From Eledone cirrhosa (Eukaryota), in the NCBI GenBank assembly GCA_964016885.1, contig OZ024750.1:37324001-37388000 (forward strand): a DNA stretch of 64,000 bases, given 5' to 3'. Positions within the stretch are counted from its first letter, which is position 1; every line of letters starts with the position of its first letter. Positions 40,801-55,800 of the stretch are shown here, in pieces. The notes below the pieces were generated by a model, which saw only the letters and a list, made by a program, of their open reading frames with translations, was not told where the DNA came from and did not search any database. Made by a program: the position numbers and the translations under genes.

Positions 40801-43800
40801 ATATATATCAATTTTCGAAATCAGAACGTATATATTTCGAAAGAAATAAAATCAATCTTTTTTGAAAAAAAACAATTTTTCGAAATACTGTGTAACATGA
40901 TCATATTGTGAAAAACCTAAATTAATTAATAAATTTTTTTATAATTTTAGAAATATTTACTTCTGATTTCTAAAATTGATTTTTTTAGGTTTTACACAGT
41001 ATTTGGAAAAAAGGCGTTTATACATTTAGTTTCGACACGTTGAAAAATACAAAATATATATCAATTTTCGAAATCAGAAAGTATGTATTTCGAAAGAAAA
41101 AAAATCAATCTTTTTTGAAAAAAAACAATTTTTCGAAATATTGTGTAAAGTGATCAATTTGTGACAAACCTAAAATAATCAATTTTTTTATACTTTTCGA
41201 AATATTTACTTCTGATTTCTAAAATTGAGTTTTTTAGGTTTTTCACAAATTGATCATTTTACACAGTATTTGGAAAAAATATTTTTTTTCAAAAAAATGT
41301 GTTTATACATTGTGTTTCGACACGTTGAAAAACTTTTGACAAATTCAAAATATATATCAATTTTCGAAATCAGAAAGTATATATTTCGAAAGAAATAAAA
41401 TCAATCTTTTTTCAAAAAAAACAATTTTTCGAAATACTGTGTAACATGATCAATTTGTGAAAAACCTAAATTAATAAATTTTTTTATAATTTTAGAAATA
41501 TTTACTTCTGATTTCTAACATTGATTTTTTTAGGTTTTACACAGTATTTGGAAAAAATGCATTTATACATTTAAAAATACAAAATATATATCAATTTTCG
41601 AAATCAGAAAGTATATATTTCGAAAGAAAAAAAATTAATCTTTTTTAAAAAAAAACAATTTTTCGAAATACTGTGTAAAATGATCAATTTGTGAAAAACC
41701 TAAAATAATCAATTTTTCATACTTTTCGAAATATTTACTTCTGATTTCTAAAATTGATTTTTTTAGGTTTTTCACAAATTGATCATTTTACACAGTATTT
41801 GGAAAAAATATTTTTTTTCAAAAGAATGCGGTTATAAATTGTGTTTCGACACGTTGAAAAATACAAAATATATATCAAAAAGTATATATATCGAAATCAG
41901 AAAGTATATATTTCGAAAGAAAAAAAATCAATCTTTTTTGAAAAGAAATTTTTCGAAATACTGTGTAAAATGATCAATTTGTGAAAAACCTAAAATAATC
42001 AATTTTTTTATACTTTTCGAAATATTTACTTCTGATTTCTAAAATTGATTTTTTTGGTTTTACACAGTATTTGAAAAAAAGGCGTTTATACATTTAGTTT
42101 CGACACGTTGAAAAATACAAAATATATATCAATTTTCGAAATCAGAAAGTATATATTTCGAAAGAAAAAAAATTAATCTTTTTTGAAAAAAAACAATTTT
42201 TCGAAATATTGTGTAAAATGATCAATTTGTGAAAAACCTAAAATAATCAATTTTTTTATACTTTTCGAAATATGTACTTCTGATTTCTAAAATTGATTTT
42301 TTTAGGTTTTTCACAAATTGAACATTTTACACAGTATTTGAAAAAATGCGTTATGTTTCGACACGTTGAAAAACTTTTGAAAAATTCAAAATATATATCA
42401 ATTTTCGAAATCAGAAAGTATATATTTCTAAAGAAATAAAATCAATCTTTTTTGAAAAAAAACAATTTTTCGAAATACTGTGTAACATGATCATATTGTG
42501 AAAAACCTAAATTAATAAATTTTTTTATAATTTTAGAAATATTTACTTCTGATTTCTAACATTGATTTCTTTAGGTTTTTCACAAATTGATCATTTTACA
42601 CAGTATTTGGAAAAAATATTTTTTTTCAAAAAAATGTGTTTATACATTGTGTTTCGACACATTGAAAAAATATTTGAAAAATACAAAATATATATCAATT
42701 TTCGAAATAAGAAAGTATATATTTCGAAAGAACAAAAAATCAATCTTTTTTGAAAAGAAATTTTTCGAAATACTGTGTAAAATGATCAATTTGTGAAAAA
42801 TCTAAAATAATCAATTTTTTTATACTTTTCGAAATATTTACTTCTGATTTCTGAAATTGATTTTTTTAGGTTTTTCACAAATTGATCATTTTACACAGTA
42901 TTTGGAAAAAATATTTTTTTTCAAAATAATGCGGTTATAAATTGTGTTTCGACACGTTGAAAAATACAAAATATATATCAAAAAGTATATATATCGAAAT
43001 CAGAAAGTATATATTTCGAAAGAAAAAAAATCAATCTTTTTTGAAAAGAAATTTTTCGAAATACTGTGTAAAATGATCAATTTGTGAAAAACCTAAATTA
43101 ATAAATTTTTTTATAATTTTAGAAATATTTACTTCTGATTTCTAACATTGATTTTTTTAGGTTTTACACAGTATTTGGAAAAAATGCATTTATACATTTA
43201 AAAATACAAAATATATATCAATTTTCGAAATCAGAAAGTATATATTTCGAAAGAAAAAAAATCAATCTTTTTTGAAAAGAAATTTTTCGAAATACTGTGT
43301 AAAATGATCAATTTGTGAAAAACCTAAAATAATCAATTTTTTTATACTTTTCGAAATATTTACTTCTGATTTCTAAAATTGATTTTTTTAGATTTTTCAC
43401 AAATTGATCATTTTACACAGTATTTGGAAAAAATATTTTTTTTCAAAATAATGCGGTTATAAATTGTGTTTCGACACGTTGAAAAATACAAAATATATAT
43501 CAAAAAGTATATATATCGAAATCAGAAAGTATATATTTCGAAAGAAAAAAAATCAATCTTTTTTGAAAAGAAATTTTTCGAAATACTGTGTAAAATGATC
43601 AATTTGTGAAAAACCTAAAATAATCCATTTTTTTATACTTTTCGAAATATTTACTTCTGATTTCTAAAATTGATTTTTTTGGTTTTACACAGTATTTGAA
43701 AAAAAGGCGTTTATACATTTAGTTTCGACACGTTGAAAAATAAAAAAATATATCAATTTTCGAAAGAAAAAAAATTAATCTTTTTTGAAAAAAAACAATT

Positions 43801-46800
43801 TTTCGAAATACTGTGTAAAATGATCAATTTGTGAAAAACTATATAATAATAAAATAATCCATTTTTTTATACTTTTCGAAATATTTACTACTGATTTCTA
43901 AAATTGATTTTTTTAGGTTTTTCACAAATTGATCATTTTACACAGTATTTCGAAAAATTGTTTTTTTTCAAAAAAATGCGTTTATACATTGTGTTTCGAC
44001 ACGTTGAAAAATTTTTTAAAAACACAAAATATATATCAATTTTCGAAATCAGAAAGTATATATTTCAAAAGAAAAAAAATCAATCATTTTTAAAAAAAAA
44101 CAATTTTTCGAAATACTGTGTAAAATGATCAATTTGTGAAAAACCTAAAATAATCAATTTTTTTATACCTTTCGAAATGTTTACTTCTGATTTCTAAAAT
44201 TGATATTTTTTAGGTTTTTCACAAATTGATCATTTTACACAGTATTTGGAAAAAATGCGTTTATAAATTAAGTTTCGACACGTTAAAAAATTTTTTAAAA
44301 ATACAAAATATATATCAATTTTCGAAATCAGAAAGTATGTATTTCGAAAGAAAAAAAATCAATCTTTTTTGAAAAAAAACAATTTTTCAAAATACTTTGT
44401 AAAATGATCAATTTGTGAAAAACCTAAAATAATCCATTTTTTTATACTTTTCGAAATATTTACTTCTGATTTCTAAAATTGATTTTTTTAGGTTTTTCAC
44501 AAATTGATCATTTTACACAGTATTTGGAAAAAATGCATTGTTTCGACACGTTGAAAAATTCAAAATATATATCAATTTTCGAAATCAGAAAGTATATATT
44601 TCGAAAGAAATAAAATCAATCTTTTTTGAAAAAAAACAATTTTTCGAAATACTGTGTAACATGATCATATTGTGAAAAACCTAAATTAATAAATTTTTTT
44701 ATAATTTTAGAAATATTTACTTCTGATTTCTAACATTGATTTTTTTAGGTTTTACACAGTATTTGGAAAAAATGCGTTTATACATTATGTTTCGACACGT
44801 TGAAAAATTTTTTAAAAATACAAAATATATATCAATTTTCGAAATCAGAAAGTATATATTTCGAAAGAAAAAAAATTAATCTTTTTTGAAAAAAAACAAT
44901 TTTTCGAAATACTGTGTAAAATGATCAATTTGTGAAAAACCTAAAATAATCAATTCGTTTATACTTTTCGAAATATTTACTTCTGATTTCTAAAATTGAT
45001 TTCTTTAGGTTTTTCACAAATTGATCATTTTACACAGTATTTGGAAAAAATATTTTTTTTCAAAAGAATGCGGTTATAAATTGTGTTTCGACACGTTGAA
45101 AAATACAAAATATATATTAAAAAGTATATATATCGAAATCAGAAAGTATATATTTCGAAAGAAATAAAATCAATCCTTTTTGAAATATAACAATTTTTCG
45201 AAATACTGTGTAAAATGATCAATTTGTGAAAAACCTAAAATAATCAATTCGTTTATACTTTTCGAAATATTTACTTCTGATTTCTAAAATTGATTTCTTT
45301 AGGTTTTTCACAAATTGATCATTTTACACAGTATTTGGAAAAAATATTTTTTTTCAAAAAAATGTGTTTATACATTGTGTTTCGACACGTTGAAAAAATA
45401 TTTGAAAAATACAAAATATATATCAATTTTCGAAATAAGAAAGTATATATTTCGAAAGAACAAAAATTCAATCTTTTTTGAAAAGAAATTTTTCGAAATA
45501 CTGTGTAAAATGATCAATTTGTGAAAAACCTAAAATAATCAATTTTTTTATACTTTTTCGAAATATTTACTTCTGATTTCTAAAATTGATTTTTTTAGGT
45601 TTTTCACAAATTGATCATTTTACACAGTATTTGGAAAAAATATTTTTTTTCAAAATAATGCGGTTATAAATTGGGTTTCGACACGTTGAAAAATACAAAA
45701 TATATATCAAAAAGTATATATATCGAAATCAGAAAGTATATATTTCGAAAGAAAAAAAATCAATCTTTTTTGAAAAGAAATTTTTCGAAATACTGTGTAA
45801 AATGATCAATTTGTGAAAAACCTAAATTAATAAATTTTTTTATAATTTTAGAAATATTTACTTCTGATTTCTAACATTGATTCTTTTAGGTTTTACACAG
45901 TATTTGGAACAAATGCGTTTATACATTTAAAAATACAAAATATATATCAATTTTCGAAATCAGAAAGTATATATTTCGAAAGAAAAAAAATTAATCTTTT
46001 TTAAAAAAAAACAATTTTTCGAAATACTGTGTAAAATGATCAATTTGTGAAAAACCTAAAATAATCAATTTTTCATACTTTTCGAAATATTTACTTCTGA
46101 TTTCTAAAATTGATTTTTTTAGGTTTTTCACAAATTGATCATTTTACACAGTATTTGGAAAAAATATTTTTTTTCAAAAGAATGCGGTTATAAATTGTGT
46201 TTCGACACGTTGAAAAATACAAAATATATATCAAAAAGTATATATATCGAAATCAGAAAGTATATATTTCGAAAGAAAAAAAATCAATCTTTTTTGAAAA
46301 GAAATTTTTCGAAATACTGTGTAAAATGATCAATTTGTGAAAAACCTAAAATAATCAATTTTTTTATACTTTTCGAAATAGTTACTTCTGATTTCAAAAA
46401 TTGATTTTTTTGGTTTTACACAGTATTTGAAAAAAAGGCGTTTATACATTTAGTTTCGACACGTTGAAAAATAAAAAATATATATCAATTTTCGAAAGAA
46501 AAAAAATTAATCTTTTTTGAAAAAAAACAATTTTTCGAAATACTGTGTAAAATGATCAATTTGTGAAAAACAATATAATAATAAAATAATCCATTTTTTT
46601 ATACTTTTCGAAATATTTACTTCTGATTTCTAAAATTGATTTTTTTAGGTTTTTCACAAATTGATCATTTTACACAGTATTTCGAAAAATTGTATTTTTT
46701 CAAAAAAATGCGTTTATACATTGTGTTTCGACACGTTGAAAAATTTTTTAAAAACACAAAATATATATCAATTTTCGAAATCAGAAAGTATATATTTCAA

Positions 46801-49800
46801 AAGAAAAAAAATCAATCATTTTTAAAAAAAAACAATTTTTCGAAATACTGTGTAAAATGATCAATTTGTGAAAAACCTAAAATAATCAATTTTTTTATAC
46901 CTTTCGAAATATTTACTTCTGATTTCTAAAATTGATATTTTTTAGGTTTTTCACAAATTGATCATTTTACACAGTATTTGGAAAAAATGCGTTTATAAAT
47001 TAAGTTTCGACACGTTGAAAAATTTTTTAAAAATACAAAATATATATCAATTTTCGAAATCAGAAAGTATGTATTTCGAAAGAAAAAAAATCAATCTTTT
47101 TTGAAAAAAAACAATTTTTCGAAATACTGTGTAAAGTGATCAATTTGTGACAAACCTAAAATAATCAATTTTTTTATACTTTTCGAAATATTTACTTCTG
47201 ATTTCTAAAATTGATTTTTTTAGGTTTTTCACAAATTGATCATTTTACACAGTATTTGGAAAAAATATTTTTTTTCAAAAAAATGTGTTTATACATTGTG
47301 TTTCGACACGTTGAAAAATATTTGAAAAATACAAAATATATATCAATTTTCGAAATCAGAAAGTATATTTCGAAAAAAAAAATCAATCTTTTTTGAAAAA
47401 AAACAATTATTCGAAATACTGTGTAAAATGATCAATTTGTGAAAAAACCTAAAATAATCAATTCGTTTATACTTTTCGAAATATTTACTTCTGATTTCTA
47501 ACATTGATTTTTTTAGGTTTTACACAGTATTTGGAAAAAATGCGTTTATACATTATGTTTCGACACGTTGAAAAATTTTTTAAAAATACAAAATATATAT
47601 CAATTTTCGAAATCAGAAAGTATATATTTCGAAAGAAAAAAAATTAATCTTTTTTGAAAAAAAACAATTTTTCGAAATGATCAATTTTAAAATGATCAAT
47701 TTGTGAAAAACCTAAAATAATCAATTTTTTATACTTTTCGAAATATTTACTTCTGATTTCTAAAATTGATTTTTTTAGGTTTTTCACAAATTTATCATTT
47801 TTCACAGTATTTGAAAAAAATGCATTATTTCGACACGTTGAAAAATTTTTTTAAAATACAAAATATATATCAATCTTCGAAATCAGAAAGTATATATTTC
47901 GAAAGAAAAAAAATCAATCTTTTTTGAAAAGAAATTTTTCGAAATACTGTGTAAAATGATCAATTTGTGAAAAACCTAAAATAATCAATTTTTTTATACT
48001 TTTCGAAATATTTACTTCTGATTTCTAAAATTGATTTTTTTAGGTTTTACACAAATTGATCATTTTACACAGTATTTCGAAAAAATGCATTGTTTCGACA
48101 CGTTGAAAAATACAAAATATATATCAATTTTCGAAATCAGAAAGTATATATTTCGAAAGAAAAAAAATTAATATTTTTTGAAAAAAAACAATTTTTCGAA
48201 ATACTGTGTAAAATGATCAATTTGTGAAAAACCTAAAATAATCCATTTTTTTATACTTTTCGAAATATTTACTTCTGATTTCTAAAATTGATTTATTTAG
48301 GTCTTTCACAAATTGATCATTTTACACAGTATTTGGAAAAAATATTTTTTTTCAAAAGAATGCGGTTATAAATTGTGTTTCGACACGTTGAAAAATACAA
48401 AATATATATCAAAAAGTATATATATCGAAATCAGGATGTATATATTTCGAAAGAAATAAAATCAATCCTTTTTGAAATATAACAATTTTTCGAAATACTG
48501 TGTAAAATGATCAATTTGTGAAAAACCTAAAATAATCAATTCGTTTATACTTTTCGAAATATTTACTTCTGATTTCTAAAATTGATTTTTTTAGGTTTTT
48601 CACAAATTGATCATTTTACACAGTATTTGGAAAAAATATTTTTTTTCAAAAAAATGTGTTTATACATTGTGTTTCGACACGTTGAAAAATACAAAATATA
48701 TATCAATTTTCGAAATCAGAAAGTATATATTTCGAAAGAAAAAAAATCAATCTTTTTTGAAAAGAAATTTTTCGAAATACTGTGTAAAATGATCAATTTG
48801 TGAAAAACATAAAATAATCAATTTTTTTATACTTTTCGAAATATTTACTTCTGATTTCTAAAATTGATTTTTCACAAATTGATCATTTTACACAGTATTT
48901 GGAAAAAATATTTTTTTTCAAAAAAATGTGTTTATACATTGTGTTTCGACACGTTGAAAAATATTTGAATGATACAAAATATATATCAATTTTCGCAATC
49001 AGAAAGTATATATTTCGAAAGAAAAAAAATCAATCTTTTTTGAAAAGAAATTTTTCGAAATACTGTGTAAAATGATCAATTTGTGAAAAACCTAAAATAA
49101 TCAATTTTTTTATACTTTTCGAAATATTTACTTCTGATTTCTAAAATTGATTTTTTTAGGTTTTACACAGTATTTGGAAAAAAGGCGTTTATACATTTAG
49201 TTTCGACACGTTGAAAAATACAAAATATATATCAATTATCGAAATCAGAAAGTATATATTTCGAAAGAAAAAAAATTAATCTTTTTTGAAAAAAAACAAT
49301 TTTCCGAAATATTGTGTAAAATGATCAATTTGTGAAAAACCTAAAATAATCAATTTTTTTATACTTTTCGAAATATTTACTTCTGATTTCTAAAATTGAT
49401 TTTTTCTAGGTTTTTCACAAATTGATCATTTTACACAGTATTTGGAAAAAATGCATTGTTTCGACACGTTGAAAAATTTTTTAAAAATACAAAATATATA
49501 TCAATTTTCGAAATCAGAAACTATATTTCGAAAGAAAAAAAATCAATCTTTTTTGAAAAAAAACAATTTTTCGAAATACTGTGTAAAATGATCAATTTGT
49601 GAAAAACCTAAAATAATCAATTTTTTTATACTTTTCGAAATATTTACTTCTGATTTCTAAAATTGATTTTTTTAGGTTTTTCACAAATTGATCATTTTAC
49701 ACAGTATTTGGAAAAAATATTTTTTTTCAAAAGAATGCGGTTATAAATTGTGTTTCGACACGTTGAAAAATACAAAATATATATCAAAAAGTATATATAT

Positions 49801-52800
49801 CGAAATCAGAAAGTATATATTTCGAAAGAAATAAAATCAATCCTTTTTGAAATATAACAATTTTTCGAAATACTGTGTAAAATGATCAATTTGTGAAAAA
49901 CCTAAAATAATCAATTCGTTTATACTTTTCGAAATATTTACTTCTGATTTCTAAAATTGATTTTTTTAGGTTTTTCACAAATTGATCATTTTACACAGTA
50001 TTTGGAAAAAATATTTTTTTTCAAAAAAATGTGTTTATACATTGTGTTTCGACACGTTGAAAAACTTTTGAAAAATTCAAAATATATATCAATTTTCGAA
50101 ATCAGAAAGTATATATTTCGAAAGAAAAAAAATTAATCTTTTTTGAAAAAAAACAATTTTTCGAAATACTGTGTAAAATGATCAATTTGTGAAAAACCTA
50201 AAATAATCAATTTTTTTATACTTTTCGAAATATTTACTTCTGATTTCTAAAATTGATTTTTTTAGGTTTTTCACAAATTGATCATTTTACACAGTATTTG
50301 GAAAAAATGCATTGTTTCAACACGTTGAAAGATTTTTTAAAAATACAAAATATATATCAATTTTCGAAATCAGAAAGTATATTTCGAAAGAAAAAATATC
50401 AATCTTTTTTGAAAAAAAACAATTATTCGAAATACTTTGTAAAATGATAGATTTGTGAAAAACCTAAAATAATCCATTTTTTTATACTTTTCGAAATATT
50501 TACTTCTGATTTCTAAAATTGATTTTTTTAGGTTTTTCACAAATTGAACATTTTACACAGTATTTGGAAAAAATGCGTTATGTTTCGACACGTTGAAAAA
50601 CTTTTGAAAAATTCAAAATATATATCAATTTTCGAAATCAGAAAGTATATATTTCGAAAGAAATAAAATCAATCTTTTTTGAAAAAAAACAATTTTTCGA
50701 AATACTGTGTAAAATGATCAATTTGTGAAAAACCTAAAATAATCAATTTTTTATACTTTTCGAAATATTTACTTCTGATTTCTAAAATTGATTTTTTTAG
50801 GTTTTTCACAAATTGATCATTTTACACAGTATTTGGAAAAAATGCATTGTTTCGACACGTTGAAAAATTTTTTAAAAATACAAAATATATATCAATTTTC
50901 GAAATCAGAAAGTATATATTTCGAAAGAAAAAAAATTAATCTTTTTTGAAAAAAAACAATTTTTCGAAATACTGTGTAAAATGATCAATTTGTGAAAAAC
51001 CTAAAATAATCAATTTTTTTATACCTTTCGAAATATTTACTTCTGATTTCTAAAATTGATTTTTTTTAGGTTTTTCACAAATTGATCATTTTACACAGTA
51101 TTTGGAAAAAATATTTTTTTTCAAAAAAATGTGTTTATACATTGTGTTTCGACACGTTGAAAAATACAAAATATATATCAATTTTCGAAATCAGAAAGTA
51201 TATATTTCGAAAGAAAAAAAATTAATCTTTTTTGAAAAAAAACAATTTTTCGTGTAAAATGATCAATTTGTGAAAAACCTAAAATAATCAATTTTTTTAT
51301 ACTTTTCGAAATATTTACTTCTGATTTCTAAAATTGATTTTTTTAGGTTTTACACAGTATTTGGAAAAAAGGCGTTTATACATTTAGTTTCGACACGTTG
51401 AAAAATACAAAATATATATCAATTTTCGAAATCAGAAAGTATATATTTCGAAAGAAAAAAAATTAATCTTTTTTGAAAAAAAACAATTTTTCGAAATAAT
51501 TTGTGAAAAACCTAAAATAATCAATTTTTTTATACTTTTCGAAATATTTACTTCTGATTTCTAAAATTGATTTTTTTTAGGTTTTTCACAAATTGATCAT
51601 TTTACACAGTATTTGGAAAAAATGCATTGTTTCGACACGTTGAAAAATTTTTTAAAAATACAAAATATATATCAATTTTCGAAATCAGAAACTATGTTTC
51701 GAAAGAAAAAAAATCAATCTTTTTTGAAAAAAAACAATTTTTCGAAATACTTTGTAAAATGATAGATTTGTGAAAAACCTAAAATAATCCATTTTTTTAT
51801 ACTTTTCGAAATATTTACTTCTGATTTCTAAAATTGATTTTTTTAGGTTTTTCACAAATTGATCATTTTACACAGTATTTGGAAAAAATATTTTTTTTCA
51901 AAAGAATGCGTTTATAAATTGTGTTTCGACACGTTGAAAAATACAAAATATATATCAATTTTCGAAATCAGAAAGTATATATTTCGAAAGAAAAAAAATT
52001 AATCTTTTTTGAAAAAAAACAATTTTTCGAAATACTGTGTAAAATGATCAATTTGTGAAAAACATATAATAATCAATTTTTTTATACTTTTCGAAATATT
52101 TACTTCTGATTTCTAAAATTGATTTTTTTAGGTTTTTCACAAATTGATCATTTTACACAGTATTTGGAAAAAATGCATTGTTTCGACACGTTGAAAAATT
52201 TTTTAAAAATACAAAATATATATCAATTTTCGAAATCAGAAAGTATATATTTCGAAAGAAAAAAAATTAATCTTTTTTGAAAAAAAACAATTTTTCGAAA
52301 TACTGTGTAAAATGATCAATTTGTGAAAAACCTAAAATAATCAATTTTTTTATACTTTTCGAAATATTTACTTCTGATTTCTAAAATTGATTTTTTTAGG
52401 TTTTTCACAAATTGATCATTTTACACAGTATCTGGAAAAAATATTTTTTTTCAAAAGAATGCGTTTATAAATTGTGTTTCGACACGTTGAAAAATACAAA
52501 ATATATATCAAAAAGTATATATATCGAAATCAGAAAGTATATATTTCGAAAGAAAAAAAATCAATCTTTTTTGAAAAGAAATTTTTCGAAATACTGTGTA
52601 AAATGATCAATTTGTGAAAAACCTAAAATAATCAATTTTTTTATACTTTTCGAAATATTTACTTCTGATTTCTAAAATTGATTTTTTTAGGTTTTACACA
52701 AATTGATCATTTTACACAGTATTTCGAAAAAATGCATTGTTTCGACACGTTGAAAAATACAAAATATATATCAATTTTCGAAATCAGAAAGTATATATTT

Positions 52801-55800
52801 CGAAAGAAAAAAAATTAATATTTTTTGAAAAAAAACAATTTTTCGAAATACTGTGTAAAATGATCAATTTGTGAAAAACCTAAAATAATCCATTTTTTTA
52901 TACTTTTCGAAATATTTACTTCTGATTTCTAAAATTGATTTATTTAGGTCTTTCACAAATTGATCATTTTACACAGTATTTGGAAAAAATATTTTTTTTC
53001 AAAAGAATGCGGTTATAAATTGTGTTTCGACACGTTGAAAAATACAAAATATATATCAAAAAGTATATATATCGAAATCAGGATGTATATATTTCGAAAG
53101 AAATAAAATCAATCCTTTTTGAAATATAACAATTTTTCGAAATACTGTGTAAAATGATCAATTTGTGAAAAACCTAAAATAATCAATTCGTTTATACTTT
53201 TCGAAATATTTACTTCTGATTTCTAAAATTGATTTTTTTAGGTTTTTCACAAATTGATCATTTTACACAGTATTTGGAAAAAATATTTTTTTTCAAAAAA
53301 ATGTGTTTATACATTGTGTTTCGACACGTTGAAAAATACAAAATATATATCAATTTTCGAAATCAGAAAGTATATATTTCGAAAGAAATAAAATTAATCT
53401 TTTTTGAAAAAAAACAATTTTTCGAAATACTGTGTAACATGATCAATTTGTGAAAAACCTAAATTAATAAATTTTTTTATAATTTTAGAAATATTTACTT
53501 CTGATTTCTAAAATTGATTTTTTTAGGTTTTTCACAAATTGATCATTTTACACAGTATTTGGAAAAAATGCATTGTTTCAACACGTTGAAAGATTTTTTA
53601 AAAATACAAAATATATATCAATTTTCGAAATCAGAAAGTATATTTCGAAAGAAAAAAAATCAATCTTTTTTGAAAAAAAACAATTATTCGAAATACTTTG
53701 TAAAATGATAGATTTGTGAAAAACCTAAAATAATCCATTTTTTTATACTTTTCGAAATATTTACTTCTGATTTCTAAAATTGATTTTTTTAGGTTTTTCA
53801 CAAATTGAACATTTTACACAGTATTTGGAAAAAATGCGTTATGTTTCGACACGTTGAAAAACTTTTGAAAAATTCAAAATATATATCAATTTTCGAAATC
53901 AGAAAGTATATATTTCGAAAGAAATAAAATCAATCTTTTTTGAAAAAAAACAATTTTTCGAAATACTGTGTAACATGATCATATTGTGAAAAACCTAAAT
54001 TAATAAATTTTTTTATAAGTTTAGAAATATTTACTTCTGATTTCTAACATTGATTTTTTTAGTATTTGGAAAAAATGCGTTTATACATTATGTTTCGACA
54101 CGTTGAAAAATTTTTTAAAAATACAAAATATATATCAATTTTCGAAATCAGAAAGTATATATTTCGAAAGAAAAAAAATTAATATTTTTTGAAAAAAAAC
54201 AATTTTTCGAAATACTGTGTAAAATGATCAATTTGTGAAAAACCTAAAATAATCCATTTTTTTATACTTTTCGAAATATTTACTTCCGATTTCTAAAATT
54301 GATTTTTTTAGGTCTTTCACAAATTGATCATTTTACATAGTATTTGGAAAAAATATTTTTTTTCAAAAGAATGCGGTTATAAATTGTGTTTCGACACGTT
54401 GAAAAATACAAAATATATATCAAAAAGTATATATATCGAAATCAGAAAGTATATATTTCGAAAGAAATAAAATCAATCCTTTTTGAAATATAACAATTTT
54501 TCGAAATACTGTGTAAAATGATCAATTTGTGAAAAACCTAAAATAATCAATTCGTTTATACTTTTCGAAATATTTACTTCTGATTTCTAAAATTGATTTT
54601 TTTAGGTTTTTCACAAATTGATCATTTTACACAGTATTTGGAAAAAATATTTTTTTTCAAAGAATGCGTTTATAAATTGTGTTTCGACACGTTGAAAAAT
54701 ACAAAATATATATCAATTTTCGAAATCAGAAAGTATATATTTCGAAAGAAAAAAAATTAATCTTTTTTGAAAAAAAACAATTTTTCGAAATATTGTGTAA
54801 AATGATCAATTTGTGAAAAACCTAAAATAATCAATTTTTTTATACTTTTCGAAATATTTACTTCTGATTTCTAAAATTGATTTTTTTTTAGGTTTTTCAC
54901 AAATTGATCATTTTACACAGTATTTGGAAAAAATGCATTGTTTCGACACGTTGAAAAATTTTTTAAAAATACAAAATATATATCAATTTTCGAAATCAGA
55001 AACTATATTTCGAAAGAAAAAAAATCAATCTTTTTTGAAAAAAAACAATTTTTCGAAATACTTTGTAAAATGATAGATTTGTGAAAAACCTAAAATAATC
55101 CATTTTTTTATACTTTTCGAAATATTTACTTCTGATTTCTAAAATTGATTTTTTTAGGTTTTTCACAAATTGATCATTTTACACAGTATTTGGAAAAAAT
55201 ATTTTTTTTCAAAAGAATGCGGTTATAAATTGTGTTTCGACACGTTGAAAAATACAAAATATATATCAAAAAGTATATATATCGAAATCAGAAAGTATAT
55301 ATTTCGAAAGAAATAAAATCAATCCTTTTTGAAATATAACAATTTTTCGAAATACTGTGTAAAATGATCAATTTGTGAAAAACCTAAAATAATCAATTTT
55401 TTTATACCTTTCGAAATATTTACTTCTGATTTCTAAAATTGATATTTTTTAGGTTTTTCACAAATTGATCATTTTACACAGTATTTGGAAAAAATGCGTT
55501 TATAAATTAAGTTTCGACACGTTGAAAAATTTTTTAAAAATACAAAATATATATCAATTTTCGAAATCAGAAAGTATGTATTTCGAAAGAAAAAAAATCA
55601 ATCTTTTTTGAAAAAAAACAAGTATTCGAAATACTGTGTAAAATGATCAATTTGTGAAAAACCTAAAATAATCAATTCGTTTATACTTTTCGAAATATTT
55701 ACTTCTGATTTCTAACATTGATTTTTTTAGGTTTTACACAGTATTTGGAAAAAATGCGTTTATACATTATGTTTCGACACGTTGAAAAATTTTTTAAAAA

